From positions 163,011-227,010 of the forward strand of contig JABJNO010000017.1 of the NCBI GenBank assembly GCA_018664825.1: a stretch of 64,000 nt of DNA, in the 5' to 3' direction. Shown piece after piece: positions 28,198 through 39,318 of the stretch (position 1 is its first letter; each line of letters begins with the position of its first letter). Origin of the DNA: Candidatus Parcubacteria bacterium. GTDB lineage: Bacteria; Patescibacteriota; Patescibacteriia; UBA1558; GWA2-36-10. The translations under genes and the position numbers were made by a program. Under the pieces are notes generated by a model. It did not search any database and was not told where the DNA came from. It saw only the letters and a list, made by a program, of their open reading frames with translations.

Positions 28198-29616
28198 TTA
28201 TTTCTTTTTTATTTCCAGTCCAAGTTCATCAAGTTGAGCTTTATCTACTGGTGATGGCGAATCCATCATTGGATCTCTGCCGTCAGAGGTCAAAGGAAAA
28301 GCGGTCACTTCTTTGAGATTTTTCTCTCCCAAAAGGACCATCATCAATCTATCAAGTCCTGGGGCAATACCGCCGTGTGGTGGTACTCCATATTTGAAAG
28401 CTTCAAAATAATGCTGAAACTGTTTTTTCTGTTCATCAGTAAAACCAATCAAATCCCAAACTTTTTCCTGAATCTTCATATCATGGATACGGACAGCTCC
28501 TCCGCCTACCTCAAAACCATTGAGAGCCAAATCATGTTGATATGCCTTGGCTTTACCTGGATCTGAATCCAACAAAGGAATATCCTCTTCTTTTGGCATA
28601 GTAAACATATTGTGACTTGGTCCCCGAGTGTCTCCAGCACCGTGAAATTTGTCTTCTTCGGTCTGCTTGGCAAACAACGGGAAATTGACTATCCAAGAAA
28701 ATGCCAATTCATTTGGATCATTTTTATCTTTACGTAAATCTGGTTTATCATTACCATATTTTTTCATGGCCTCATCATAATCTATTCGTGGCCATGGCTT
28801 GCTTGTGATTTTCTTTTCAGGGAACAAAGTCTCTACCATTTCAGTAAACATCTTTTCGGTCAGATCCAGAATCTCTTCTTGAGTCATAAAACTCATTTCC
28901 ATATCCAACTGATAAAATTCACCCGGACTTCGGTCTGCTCTAGCATCCTCATCTCGAAAACATGGAGCTACTTGAAAATATCTATCCATACCCGCTACCA
29001 TCAATAGCTGTTTGTACTGTTGAGGTGCTTGTGGTAAAGCAAAGAAATTTCCTGGATGAAGTCTAGAAGGTACCAGATAGTCCCTAGCTCCTTCTGGAGT
29101 AGACTTTGAAAGTATTGGAGTCTGGATTTCTACAAAATCATTTTTGTGTAGCCATTCTCTAAAAAACATTATTACATTGTCGCGAGCTACGATATTGTTT
29201 TTCATACGCTCATGACGAAGATCTAGATATCTATGTTTGAGACGAAGATCTTCTCCAGCCTGACGTTCTTCATTATCTATTTCAAATGGTGGGGTTTCAG
29301 CCTCTGATAATATCTCAATCTTTTTGGCCAATACTTCTACTGTACCTGTAGCCAAATCTTTGTTTATTTGTTTTTCTCCTCTTTTTTGAACTATCCCTTC
29401 TATAGATAGTACAAATTCTGGACGAATATTATTGAGTATTTTTTGAGAATCTTCATCGAGCTCAGCAGGAACTGCTACTACTTGGAGTATGCCCCAACGA
29501 TCACGGATATCAAGAAATGCAATTTTACCCATGTTTCGGCGGACATTTACCCAGCCTTTTATAAGGACTGTCTTGTCTGCTTGTCCTACCGTCTCTATTG
29601 TTTTTATTCTTTTCAT
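28198..29616 (-). CDS. aspS: Aspartyl-tRNA synthetase (short form, reduced or absent GAD insertion).
   Basis: Class IIb motifs FRDEDARADRSPGEF, QHDLALNGFEVGGGAVRIHD, GVPPHGGIAPGLDRLMM. N-terminal OB fold GWVNVRRNMGKIAFLDIRD. Confidence 0.85.
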   Translation of the reverse strand: MKRIKTIETVGQADKTVLIKGWVNVRRNMGKIAFLDIRDRWGILQVVAVPAELDEDSQKILNNIRPEFVLSIEGIVQKRGEKQINKDLATGTVEVLAKKIEILSEAETPPFEIDNEERQAGEDLRLKHRYLDLRHERMKNNIVARDNVIMFFREWLHKNDFVEIQTPILSKSTPEGARDYLVPSRLHPGNFFALPQAPQQYKQLLMVAGMDRYFQVAPCFRDEDARADRSPGEFYQLDMEMSFMTQEEILDLTEKMFTEMVETLFPEKKITSKPWPRIDYDEAMKKYGNDKPDLRKDKNDPNELAFSWIVNFPLFAKQTEEDKFHGAGDTRGPSHNMFTMPKEEDIPLLDSDPGKAKAYQHDLALNGFEVGGGAVRIHDMKIQEKVWDLIGFTDEQKKQFQHYFEAFKYGVPPHGGIAPGLDRLMMVLLGEKNLKEVTAFPLTSDGRDPMMDSPSPVDKAQLDELGLEIKKK

Positions 29617-29628
29617 ATTTTTAAAATT

Positions 29629-30918
29629 TTATGGTTTTAATCTATTTATTGTACGTGGAAAAGGAATTGTCTCTCTGACATGTTGAATCCCACATACCCA
29701 GGCTACTATACGCTCCAGGCCAAAGCCGAAACCACCATGAGGTACTGATCCATATTTACGTAAGTCTAAGTACCAATCAAAGTCCTCTTGTGAAAGTTTT
29801 TCTTCTTTGATGCGCTGGAGCAGCGTATCATAATCATCTTCACGCTGACTTCCGCCAATAATTTCTCCATAACCTTCTGGAGCAAGTAAATCACTACATT
29901 CCGCCAATGAATCATCTTTGGCATTTCTTTTCATATAAAAAGATTTTATTTTAGCTGGATAATGAGTAACAAATAATGGATTATCAAATTTCTTAGTAAG
30001 TATTGTTTCATCATCTGCTCCTAGGTCTTCACCGTCTTTTATGTCGCTACCCATATCTTGTAGCATCTTAACAGCCTCAACATGAGTAATTTTGTGGAAT
30101 GGTTTAATAATATTTTCCAGAGCCTTGGTATCTCTTTCTAAAATTTCTAAATCAGCTTTATTATTTTCTAATACTGCTGTCACCATATGACGAATAAGCT
30201 CTTCCTGAACATTCATATTATCATCAAGATCAATAAAAGCCATCTCAGCATCCATCATCCAAAACTCTGTTAGGTGTCTTCTGGTTTTTGATTTCTCAGC
30301 ACGAAAAACTGGACCAAAGTCAAATACTCTATTGTGAGCAAAAATTGCTGACTCTATATACAGTTGTCCGCTTTGTGACAAATAAGCCTTGTCATCAAAA
30401 TAATCAATCTCAAATAGCTCTGTAGTACCCTCACAAGCATTGGGAGTCAATATTGGAGCATCAATCTTGGTAAATGAATTCTTGGACATATAGTCATAGT
30501 TGGCCTGAATAAGAGTATTTCTAATTTTCTGAATAGCAATCTGTTTGCTAGACCTTAGCCATAGGTGTCTATTGTCCATAAGAAAATCTACACCATGATC
30601 TTTTTTGCCAATCGGATACTCATCAGCTATTTGATAAAATTCAAAATCTTTTACTTGTAGCTCATACTCATCTTTTTTGGGATGCTTGGCTACCTTGGCA
30701 ATTATTTTTACGGAAGTTTCTATACTTACCTTTTTGGATTCTTCCCATTTGTCATCAGACAAATCAGTGGAAGACAAAATCGCCTGACTAAAGCCAGAAC
30801 CATCTCGTAGTTGCCAAAAGGCTATTTTTCCAGATGACCTAAAATTTGTCACCCAAGCACTGACCTCTACTTCTTTGTCTACAAATTTCTCCAAATCTCT
30901 AATAAATACTTTTTCCAT
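29629..30918 (-). CDS. asnS: Asparaginyl-tRNA synthetase.
   Basis: FRAEKSKTRRHLTEFWMMDAEMAF, GEIIGGSQRED, GSVPHGGFGFGLERIVAWV. Confidence 0.85.
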   Translation of the reverse strand: MEKVFIRDLEKFVDKEVEVSAWVTNFRSSGKIAFWQLRDGSGFSQAILSSTDLSDDKWEESKKVSIETSVKIIAKVAKHPKKDEYELQVKDFEFYQIADEYPIGKKDHGVDFLMDNRHLWLRSSKQIAIQKIRNTLIQANYDYMSKNSFTKIDAPILTPNACEGTTELFEIDYFDDKAYLSQSGQLYIESAIFAHNRVFDFGPVFRAEKSKTRRHLTEFWMMDAEMAFIDLDDNMNVQEELIRHMVTAVLENNKADLEILERDTKALENIIKPFHKITHVEAVKMLQDMGSDIKDGEDLGADDETILTKKFDNPLFVTHYPAKIKSFYMKRNAKDDSLAECSDLLAPEGYGEIIGGSQREDDYDTLLQRIKEEKLSQEDFDWYLDLRKYGSVPHGGFGFGLERIVAWVCGIQHVRETIPFPRTINRLKP

Positions 30919-31042
30919 AAATATAAAATAATAGCTGTTTATCAGGTTAAATCATACCTAAGTTTGGGATATTTTTCAAGTTTTTAAAAAAATTTAAAAA
31001 CCCCGCTACATTTGCATGCAGCGGGGCCAGATATTACCTCTT

Positions 31043-31924
31043 TCAAGAACCAGGGTAGATGACTTGGCTAAAGCTGAAATTTAGCCTTAGCTGCCATTTG
31101 TTGTTGGTATCATAGAAAATACCAAAAGTATTTCCTTTGTCGTTGGGAAATAGTGCGTAGTTGAGGCCGCCGATAAAAGCGCCTCGATGATCACCAATGT
31201 CCTGGTGAGCAAAGATACGAACGCGATCACCCAAACGAATATGATTTTCAACAAAGGCAGTATTCCGTCGATCCGGAAAATCTCGATCAATTCGATCCTC
31301 GTAATTGGTCCAACCCATATGTAGATTGACCCAAGGATGAAAACTTTCCTTGAAGAAAAGTCCTTGACCGTAATTCTTGATCCAGAAGGCTGTCACGGGG
31401 CCAAGATCTACTTTGGCTTGATAAGCTTCGTAACCAAAGTTGCCAAAATGCAACTTTAAATCCCCGCGCCCGACATAAGCACAAAGACCAGTTCCATAGA
31501 CCGGTAGATCTTTGATGGCATAAGCCCACCTAGGCATCGGTCGAAACACGGGTGGCGGAAAATTACCCATCATAGGTACCAGGTGCTTTCCACCCTTGAT
31601 ACCAAACTTCCAGTCAGCATAGTAATCGGAATATTCCAAATAACTATATTTCATGGAATTACTGTAAAGATCCTGCTCGATGCGGAGCATAAACTTGCCC
31701 CTGTAAGCCTTGAAGCCCAAACGCGTCCAGTCAAACTGACCGTAACCTTCTTCCTTTTCTTGAAGAGTTGTGGTGTTTGCGGAAAACACATAGACCTGCA
31801 AACTATCGGGCTGAGCCGCCCAACTTGCCTGACTGGTTAATATGAAGCCGGCTACCAGAATCACGATGAAAAACAGTGCTCTCCAGACTCTTTGCATGGT
31901 TGTCCTTTGCTTCTTACGACGCAT
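31043..31924 (-). CDS. Secreted hypothetical protein, Trp/Tyr/Gly-rich with possible beta-rich fold. GC-rich (~47%) relative to flanks.
   Basis: Signal peptide (ALFFIVILVAGFILTSQASWA). Compositional shift. Consensus promoter 31981..32009 upstream. Confidence 0.5.
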   Translation of the reverse strand: MRRKKQRTTMQRVWRALFFIVILVAGFILTSQASWAAQPDSLQVYVFSANTTTLQEKEEGYGQFDWTRLGFKAYRGKFMLRIEQDLYSNSMKYSYLEYSDYYADWKFGIKGGKHLVPMMGNFPPPVFRPMPRWAYAIKDLPVYGTGLCAYVGRGDLKLHFGNFGYEAYQAKVDLGPVTAFWIKNYGQGLFFKESFHPWVNLHMGWTNYEDRIDRDFPDRRNTAFVENHIRLGDRVRIFAHQDIGDHRGAFIGGLNYALFPNDKGNTFGIFYDTNNKWQLRLNFSFSQVIYPGS

Positions 31925-31980
31925 TTTCTTGCCTTTCTTTGAGGTTTTTAAATGTTGGAACGAACTTTTAGGAATATATA

Positions 31981-32009
31981 ATTATAGCATATTTATGATA
32001 TTTTGTCAA
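31981..32009 (-). promoter_or_regulatory. Consensus promoter TTGACA-17-TGcTATAAT (minus strand).
   Basis: Exact -35 and -10 hexamers with extended -10 TG. Confidence 0.6.
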
Positions 32010-32047
32010 TAATAAAACCACCCTATTTTCATAGGGTGGTGAAGTTT

Positions 32048-32287
32048 TTAGGCAGTAACCGGGTTGACGTTTAGAGCACCATCAAATCCCAATTGATTTC
32101 CCATCAATTTTAGTAGTTTTTCAAGGGTAAGCTCAATACGAGCAACGGGGTATTTGGCGGAACCAGTTTCATCCATTGGTGGAACATAATCATCCCGGTT
32201 ATCAGGGATAATATCTGCTCCAGAAATCATAGCAATTACAGCCATTACAATGACCAAAGCCATTAAATCAGCGAGTCGCTGCCTCAT
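32048..32287 (-). CDS. Small single-TM membrane protein (~79 aa).
   Basis: SD AAGGAGG upstream of ATG at 32287. One TM helix. Confidence 0.4.
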   Translation of the reverse strand: MRQRLADLMALVIVMAVIAMISGADIIPDNRDDYVPPMDETGSAKYPVARIELTLEKLLKLMGNQLGFDGALNVNPVTA

Positions 32288-32449
32288 GTTTTTTTCCTCC
32301 TTGTTTATGTTTATTGTTATGAACGTTTTACCAAAACATATTAGCAGTCTTTTGTATATCTGGCAATATATAAGAGTTATTGACAAATAAACCAATAACT
32401 AATAAAGTAAATCTTGGTTTATTGTACTTTTAAAAAAAGGAGGATGTCG

Positions 32450-32659
32450 ATGTCTGATAATAGAAATCAGGAAAGGTTCGAGGCAATTGCTCAAAAACTC
32501 CACGGTCAAAAAATGATCAGCGATGCTCTTGTCAATCAACTAGTTGCCGAGGAATTTGGCAAAGACCCAATCCCCGCAGACGCCAACTCTCAAGTAATCC
32601 GACATCTTCGCAGTATCCAAAAACGCGAAAGAATCGCTAATAGTGAAAAAACTGCATAA
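32450..32659 (+). CDS. Small hypothetical protein (~69 aa).
   Basis: SD GGAGG 6 nt upstream of ATG at 32450. Bidirectional terminator 32665..32700. Confidence 0.4.
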   Translation: MSDNRNQERFEAIAQKLHGQKMISDALVNQLVAEEFGKDPIPADANSQVIRHLRSIQKRERIANSEKTA

Positions 32660-32707
32660 AAAACAAAGCTCAAGGTAACCCTTGAGCTTTTTTATATAAA
32701 TATAATT

Positions 32708-35700
32708 TTAAATATTTCTTTCTTTTAGTTGCTTCTTTCCTTCAAATTTCAAATATACCATAGGAATGATAAATAGTTGCATAATGGTCGCAAAAGATAG
32801 ACCAAAAATGATAGCTATAGACATACCAAGCCAAAAAGGATCAGCAATAGCTAGTGGTATCACGCCAAATATAGTTGTAATAGATGTAAGTAGTATAGGT
32901 TGCAATCTTGTATCTCCGGCATCAGCCAAAGCATCTCGGATCAACATCTTTTTTTCATCTACGTTACGTTGGGTTTTGTCGAGTAATACAATAGCATCAT
33001 TTACAACTATACCAGCCAAAGATACTAGTCCCAAAAATACTGCAAAACTAAATGGTAAATTGAATATAAGCATTCCAATCACTACACCTATAAGCATAAG
33101 TGGTAATGTCATAAGGACTGCAAAGGGTTTTTTGTATGAATTGAATTGTAATACCAAAATAATCATGATAAGGAGTACAGCCACAATCATAGCACTCCAA
33201 AGCTCTTGGAAAGATTGCTCTATATCCTCTACCTCACCACCAAAACCAACGGTATAACCAGCAGGAACAATACCCTGCTCTTTGACTTGCTTTTCAATCT
33301 TTGGCACTACGGCATTTGGAGTATAACCAGATTCCAAATCTGCCTGGACAGTAATAGTCCTGACAAAATCTCTATGCCTTATAGCAGCAAGTGCAGGTTC
33401 AAGTGAAAAATCTGCCACATATGAAAGTTTTACTTCCTCACCAAAATTGTTTATCAAAGAAAGATTTTTGATTTCTTCTACAGAAGATATACTTTCTTTA
33501 TCAAGTCTAACTATCACATCAACATCTTCGTTGTTGATACTAGTCTCTGTGGCTGTGACACCAAATATTGCAGTACGTAAAAAGCTAGACACTTCTCCGA
33601 CCGATAGTCCAGATTTGGCCAAGGCTTCTTTGTCCAATGTAAAAGTAAGGTCAGCTGGAGATACCGCTCTATTGCTAACGACATTGATCACTCCTTCGGT
33701 GCCTTCCAAAAGACTCACAACATCTACAGATACCTTGTCCAAAACATCCAAGTCGTCTCCCAAAATACGAGCTTCTATTGGCGCGCCCGTTGGAGGTCCG
33801 GATGATAATTCTTGTAAAGTAATTTTACCTTTATTTATAGCCTGTAATTCTTCTCGGAGCTCATCTGTGATTTCATAACTCTTGAGTTTTCTATCATTTT
33901 CGTCTACCAAATTTATATTTATATTGGCTACATGCTCATTTGAGCTTGCACTATCAAAACCAAAGGCAGATGACTGACCAATTGTAGTCACAAAACCTTC
34001 GATATAATCTTTTTCATAAAGCCTTTCTTCAACCAAGGCTACCACTTCTTCTGTGGTCTCAAGGTCGGTCCCTATTGGCATTTCTATATCTACAAAAGAA
34101 AAATCCACATCTGTTTTTGGAAACAAAGCTACTGGCACAATACCTGAAATCAAAAGTCCGAGTGAAGCCAAAAACATAACTACCATAACAGACATCATTT
34201 GAACTTTCTTTTTTCTGGAAGTCAAAAACTTTGCAATCGCTATTTTATATTTTTTACGTAAAGCATTTGTCAAAAATTTTTCCAACAAAGAATCCTTTTG
34301 CTCTTTTTGTTTACCAGCTTTCAAAAATACTGCTCCCACAGAAGGTACCAATACTAGAGATACAAAAAGTGAAGCAAGTAATGTAATGGCAATGGTGATT
34401 GGAAATATTTTGAGATATTCTCCCAAAATACCAGAAACCAAAAGCATTGGCACAAAAGCAGAAATAGTAGTAAGTGTTCCTGCAGTCAAAGGTTTACGAT
34501 AGTGAGATACAGAAAGCAAGGCAGCTCGTCTTGGTCCATAACCCTCTCTTATGTTATGAAAAATACCTTCCAAAATAACTATAAATGTATCCACCAAAAG
34601 TCCGAGCGACAATACAAGTGCGTAAAGAGTCATACTATTTAGAGTATATCCCGCGTTGTACAAAACTATAAAAGTAATCAAAAAGGTCATTGGTATAGCA
34701 AACAGCGAGATCAATGCTTCTTTGAAACTTAGGGCCGCAAACATTATAATAAAAATAAGTATAGTTGCTTGGACACCACTATTACCCAAGGTGTTCAAAT
34801 CCTCACGAATAAATGAAGAATAATCACTACTGACTTCTATCTTCACCTCTTGAGGTACTATTTGTTTTGTTTGAAGTTCTTCTACTTTTTCTTTAGCAGA
34901 ATCTACAATATTCAAAATATTGCCACCTGTTTTTTTGAAAACCTGAAGAGATACAGATGACACTGTAGGCTCTCCATCTACTGAAATTTTGGAGATAGTT
35001 TTTACATCTTTGAATTTTTCTTGAACAATAGCTATGTCTTCCAACAAGATAGACTTACCTTCGTCATTGCTGACTACTACTTTTTTCAAATCATCTATAC
35101 TCTGAAATTTGGCTACAGTTCTTAGGTTGTAATTTAAATTACTAATAGTAATATCTCCCAATGGCATATCCATGTTGGCAGCAGAAATCGCACCAACTAC
35201 TTGACTCATTGGTAAACTAAGACGAGATAATGAAGCTTTATCTATAACAACGGAAAATTCTTTTTCTTTGGCTCCCAAAAGCGGCGCCTCAGATACTCCT
35301 GAGATAGATTCTAGTTCGTCTTGGACTATTTCACCCAATTGTTTGAGCTGAGTGTCAGTCAGGTCTCCTACAAGAGAAAAAGTAATAATAGGGAAATCAT
35401 TGGCTCGAATTTGAGTCACAACTGGATCTTCTGCCTCATCTGGCAAACCCCTTACTTCTAAAACTTTATCTTTGAGCTCCCTGATACTATCATCTAGATT
35501 TGCTGAAGCATCAAATTCTACAACAATAGAAGATACGCTAGTTAGAGAGCTGGAAGTAATAAGTTTTACACTATCTAACTCTTCTAATCTATTTTCAATC
35601 TCGTCGGTCACTAAATTTTCAATGTCTGCTGGACTAGCTCCAGGATAAAAAGTAGAAACTACGGCAATGGGTATTTTTACTTCTGGGTCAGACTCACGGT

Positions 35701-35899
35701 CTATGTTTGTCACAGCCATAACACCCAATAGCAAAATAGACATTATCAAAAGTAAGGCTACTCTAAAATGAGTAATAAAATAACCAGCCAAACCTTTGCG
35801 AGATTCAGCTATCCTTTTTTCGGAGAGATTTTCTTCTTTATCAATCTCAATTATTTTTTCTGGATCTTCTCCTTCAATTCTATCGTTTATGTTTGACAT
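32708..35899 (-). CDS. RND-family efflux transporter permease (AcrB/MMPL-like, 12 TM plus two large loops).
   Basis: ~1060 aa with the characteristic duplicated TM and periplasmic-loop architecture and RND-like TM4 region. Confidence 0.8.
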   Translation of the reverse strand: MSNINDRIEGEDPEKIIEIDKEENLSEKRIAESRKGLAGYFITHFRVALLLIMSILLLGVMAVTNIDRESDPEVKIPIAVVSTFYPGASPADIENLVTDEIENRLEELDSVKLITSSSLTSVSSIVVEFDASANLDDSIRELKDKVLEVRGLPDEAEDPVVTQIRANDFPIITFSLVGDLTDTQLKQLGEIVQDELESISGVSEAPLLGAKEKEFSVVIDKASLSRLSLPMSQVVGAISAANMDMPLGDITISNLNYNLRTVAKFQSIDDLKKVVVSNDEGKSILLEDIAIVQEKFKDVKTISKISVDGEPTVSSVSLQVFKKTGGNILNIVDSAKEKVEELQTKQIVPQEVKIEVSSDYSSFIREDLNTLGNSGVQATILIFIIMFAALSFKEALISLFAIPMTFLITFIVLYNAGYTLNSMTLYALVLSLGLLVDTFIVILEGIFHNIREGYGPRRAALLSVSHYRKPLTAGTLTTISAFVPMLLVSGILGEYLKIFPITIAITLLASLFVSLVLVPSVGAVFLKAGKQKEQKDSLLEKFLTNALRKKYKIAIAKFLTSRKKKVQMMSVMVVMFLASLGLLISGIVPVALFPKTDVDFSFVDIEMPIGTDLETTEEVVALVEERLYEKDYIEGFVTTIGQSSAFGFDSASSNEHVANININLVDENDRKLKSYEITDELREELQAINKGKITLQELSSGPPTGAPIEARILGDDLDVLDKVSVDVVSLLEGTEGVINVVSNRAVSPADLTFTLDKEALAKSGLSVGEVSSFLRTAIFGVTATETSINNEDVDVIVRLDKESISSVEEIKNLSLINNFGEEVKLSYVADFSLEPALAAIRHRDFVRTITVQADLESGYTPNAVVPKIEKQVKEQGIVPAGYTVGFGGEVEDIEQSFQELWSAMIVAVLLIMIILVLQFNSYKKPFAVLMTLPLMLIGVVIGMLIFNLPFSFAVFLGLVSLAGIVVNDAIVLLDKTQRNVDEKKMLIRDALADAGDTRLQPILLTSITTIFGVIPLAIADPFWLGMSIAIIFGLSFATIMQLFIIPMVYLKFEGKKQLKERNI

Positions 35900-35901
35900 G
35901 A

Positions 35902-37545
35902 TTATTCTGTAATTATTTCTACCTCATCACCAGTGGCTACAAAAACTCCATTGAGTAAAATCAATTGATCGTTTTCTTCTAGTCCACTTGTGATGGATAC
36001 TTTATCACCAAATACTTGATCAAGAGTGACATTTTTACGAGCAACCTTGCCGTTTTCGCCAATAACGAATACATAGTTTCCAGTAGCTTCTATGGTCACA
36101 GATTTTATTGGTACGACAATCACGTCAACTTCTGTATAATTTAGTTTGATTTCTACTTCAGCAATATCACCAGCTCTTAGATTTTCTTTGGCTTCGCTAC
36201 TTTGGATAGTGACGTTTACTTTTCCACTATTTAAGTCCCCAATAGGTTCCACTTCTGAAACAATGCCTGTATATTTGTTTTCGATCATTATTTCATCACC
36301 AAGCTTGATGGCTTCAGAAAAATCAACATCAACATCAACCTTGACTTCTACGATTGCCAAATTACCAATTTCGATCAATTGCTGACCAACAGTAACTTGC
36401 TCACCCATATTGGTATAATGAGAAAGGATTGTTCCTGAAAATGGAGCAGCCAAAGTAAGGTTACCGTAGCTATAGGCTACACTATCAAACTGAGTTTGAG
36501 CGATATTTTTTTCCAAAGTTGCTCCGTCTTGAGCATTTTGAAAACCAATAGTTGCATTATCATAATCAATCTTTGCCAAATTCAGTTGGCTTTGCGCTTG
36601 ATTCAAAGAGAGTTGTTTGGAAATTTTTGTATTTGTAATATTATTGATAGAGGTAATAACTCCACTAACATGTCCATTTATTTGTAATTGATAATTTGAA
36701 TTCAAAAGTTTATTACTTTCTATAGTAACTGCTGTAAATTCTCCTCCATCTATAGCACCTTGCAAAAGTATAGCTGTATTATCGACCACATCTTTGGTAG
36801 CAGACACGGTAATTTGCATTTGACTCAGGGCAGAGTCAAGATTTGTTGTATTTACTGTATTTGGTAAAAGCAAAAAATTATCCACTGCGTTGGGATAGAG
36901 AATCATAGTATTGCTTTTTAACTGAGAATTGGTAGTTGCCAAATCTTTGAAAGCATAAAAACCTTCTTTATCTAGCAAATATCTTTCATCATCAATACTT
37001 CCGCCAGTTAAATAATTTAGAGTTTGATTTAAAGTATTATAAGCTGAGCTATAAGCTACAATTGCAGAATCTTCGGCTACTCGTACAGCTTGATCGGTTT
37101 GGGCTACACTAGAATTGTATTGACTCTCAGCCAAGTCTAGTCTGGCCTGAGCACTATTTAATCCAAGTTGTGATTGCTGGACACGTTGGTCCGTCACAAC
37201 TCGAGTTTGTTCAAGATTTTGTAAAGCATTGAAATATCCACTTTCAATTCCTTCGTCTCGAATACTAAACAACGGTTGACCCACAAAAATCTCTGAACCA
37301 ACCGGGCTTAGATATTCTACAGTACCAGGTACCAAACTTCTGATATTACTATATTGCTTTGGAGTGACTGTGCCACTAGCTAGCAATGAAGCAGTTACCT
37401 GATTTTGTCTGGCAATCTGTTGTACTTCAACTTGTTTTTTTATAACCGGTTTTTCCTCTTCTTCTTGTTTACCACATCCAGTAGTAAACAAAACCATAGC
37501 AAACAAGACTACAATCAGACTTAGCGACTTCAATTTCTTTGACAT
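35902..37545 (-). CDS. Efflux periplasmic adaptor (membrane fusion protein, HlyD/AcrA-like) lipoprotein.
   Basis: Lipobox LFTTGC after the signal peptide (start refined to ATG at 37545). Long coiled-coil hairpin. C-terminal beta-domain typical of MFPs. Stop is 3 nt from the RND start. Confidence 0.7.
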   Translation of the reverse strand: MSKKLKSLSLIVVLFAMVLFTTGCGKQEEEEKPVIKKQVEVQQIARQNQVTASLLASGTVTPKQYSNIRSLVPGTVEYLSPVGSEIFVGQPLFSIRDEGIESGYFNALQNLEQTRVVTDQRVQQSQLGLNSAQARLDLAESQYNSSVAQTDQAVRVAEDSAIVAYSSAYNTLNQTLNYLTGGSIDDERYLLDKEGFYAFKDLATTNSQLKSNTMILYPNAVDNFLLLPNTVNTTNLDSALSQMQITVSATKDVVDNTAILLQGAIDGGEFTAVTIESNKLLNSNYQLQINGHVSGVITSINNITNTKISKQLSLNQAQSQLNLAKIDYDNATIGFQNAQDGATLEKNIAQTQFDSVAYSYGNLTLAAPFSGTILSHYTNMGEQVTVGQQLIEIGNLAIVEVKVDVDVDFSEAIKLGDEIMIENKYTGIVSEVEPIGDLNSGKVNVTIQSSEAKENLRAGDIAEVEIKLNYTEVDVIVVPIKSVTIEATGNYVFVIGENGKVARKNVTLDQVFGDKVSITSGLEENDQLILLNGVFVATGDEVEIITE

Positions 37546-37688
37546 ATTTATCATTATTAATACCTTAATTCGTTCGCCTAAATTAACATAATAGGACTTT
37601 TTTGTCAATCTTGATAATTGACCCAAAATATATTCTATGTTAAAAATAATCATTGTTTTAAGAAAGTTCTTTAACAAAGGAGAAAGAT

Positions 37689-38486
37689 ATGCTGAGAATA
37701 GCAGGTTTTGCCAGACTAAATGGCATTACTTTTATTGGTCCCAAATACCAAGTCACTGCCACCCACACAGGAAAAGGCATCATAATAAAACAAAAAAGAG
37801 TGCCAAAACTCTTTTCATTTGCTGCCTGGCCAAAAAAAGTTCCCTTACTGCGAGGTATGTGGACTTTTATTGAAATGCTTGCCCATATGGTAATCAGTGG
37901 CAGTAAAAAAGCCAAAACAGCATTTGCTGCCTTGTTTTTACTTGGAGCTTATGTAGAATTTTGGCCAAAAGCCGAAAAAATCCCTGTCCCAAAATCATCT
38001 ACACTGATTACTGAAAATATTTTGATTTTAGGCAACTTACTAATGATGGTAGTCTTGATCTGGGCCCTACAAGGTCTATTTAGATATCACGCCGCCGAAC
38101 ATATGGCAATCAATGCCTACTTGTCTGGTAAAAATCTAAACCTTGAAAACATAAGGGAATCAAGTCGAATCAGTTCACGTTGTGGTACAAATCTGGTTGT
38201 AATCTTATATTTAATTCAAATAATTTTAATAGGATTTCTACATCTACATTTTTTTGTCTACCTCGACGTACTGTTTACGTTTGCAATTGCCTATGAGATT
38301 TTTAGGTTACAACTCAAGCCATTTATCTGGCTAGGTACTCTGGCACAAAAACACATTGTCACCAGAAAACCCGAAAATTACCACTTGATTATTGGTGGTA
38401 TGGGATTGGAAAGTCTGATTTCTCTAGAAGAAACCGGAGAGTTTCCTAAGCAATACACAATGAAAGAACATCTTTCTTCCGACTAA
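37689..38486 (+). CDS. DUF1385 (YqhQ-like) membrane-associated protein.
   Basis: RYHAAEHMAINAY signature. Terminator 38495..38525. Confidence 0.65.
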   Translation: MLRIAGFARLNGITFIGPKYQVTATHTGKGIIIKQKRVPKLFSFAAWPKKVPLLRGMWTFIEMLAHMVISGSKKAKTAFAALFLLGAYVEFWPKAEKIPVPKSSTLITENILILGNLLMMVVLIWALQGLFRYHAAEHMAINAYLSGKNLNLENIRESSRISSRCGTNLVVILYLIQIILIGFLHLHFFVYLDVLFTFAIAYEIFRLQLKPFIWLGTLAQKHIVTRKPENYHLIIGGMGLESLISLEETGEFPKQYTMKEHLSSD

Positions 38487-38598
38487 CTACAACGCCAAGC
38501 TCAGCTTGGCGTTTTTATTTATCTACAAGTACACTATTCCTCGCTTGACAGACTTTGTGAGTATGTTAGTATGTGTATATAAGACACTAACTAAGTAT

Positions 38599-39282
38599 AT
38601 GAAAGATTCAAAGATAAAAAAAGAACACGCCAAGCAAAATATCAAGCTTGCTGTTGATAATTGCATCTTTACCATCAAGGATGGTAAGTTGTGTGTTTTG
38701 CTGATAAAAATGAAAGATAAGCTCCAAGGACACTGGGCTTTACCAGGTGGCTTGGTCAACAATAACGAGACCTTGGATTCTGCAGCCAAAAGAATCCTGA
38801 AGACCCAAACTAGCGTCAGTGATGTTTATTTAGAACAACTATATACTTTTGGTGATGTCAAAAGAGATCCTTTTGCCAGAGTCATATCTACCGCCTATTT
38901 TGCTCTAGTTCCACCAAAAACCAACAATATCAAAACTTCTGCAAAATATAGCGATGTTCGGTGGATTCCAGTCAAAAAACTACCTGGATTGGCTTATGAT
39001 CATGATAAAATAGCTAAATATGCCAAACAAAGATTAGCCGATAAAATAAGCTATACCAACGCCGTATGGTCTCTTTTACCTACAAAATTTACCCTAACAG
39101 ACCTACAAAAAGTATACGAAATTATCCTTGGAAAAGTCATAGATAAACGTAATTTCCGTAAGAAAATCCTTGCTTTAGACATTATCCACCCTACTTCTGA
39201 GACCAAAATAAAAGGTGCTCATAGACCTGCTAAATTATATGAATTTAGCTCAACTAAGCCAAAAATAGTGGAAATTGTCTAA
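38599..39282 (+). CDS. nrtR: NrtR-like regulator: degenerate Nudix domain plus C-terminal winged-helix DNA-binding domain.
   Basis: Nudix box present but catalytic residues replaced (GGLVNNNETLDSAAKRILKTQTSV; the REuxEE residues are replaced by RILKTQ). ~90-aa C-terminal extension. Sits directly upstream of the pncB/prs/nadE operon. Own promoter TTGACA-16-TAGTAT at 38545..38572. Confidence 0.6.
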   Translation: MKDSKIKKEHAKQNIKLAVDNCIFTIKDGKLCVLLIKMKDKLQGHWALPGGLVNNNETLDSAAKRILKTQTSVSDVYLEQLYTFGDVKRDPFARVISTAYFALVPPKTNNIKTSAKYSDVRWIPVKKLPGLAYDHDKIAKYAKQRLADKISYTNAVWSLLPTKFTLTDLQKVYEIILGKVIDKRNFRKKILALDIIHPTSETKIKGAHRPAKLYEFSSTKPKIVEIV

Positions 39283-39318
39283 CATTAGCCAAATTCTTTG
39301 ATTTTTTTTGATCTTAAT

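Noticed and set aside
31043-31924. Outer-membrane beta-barrel porin call for the secreted Trp/Tyr-rich protein.
   Set aside because: The sequence is compatible with a beta-rich fold, but there is no C-terminal aromatic beta-signal. A CPR-like organism may lack an outer membrane. It is left as secreted hypothetical.
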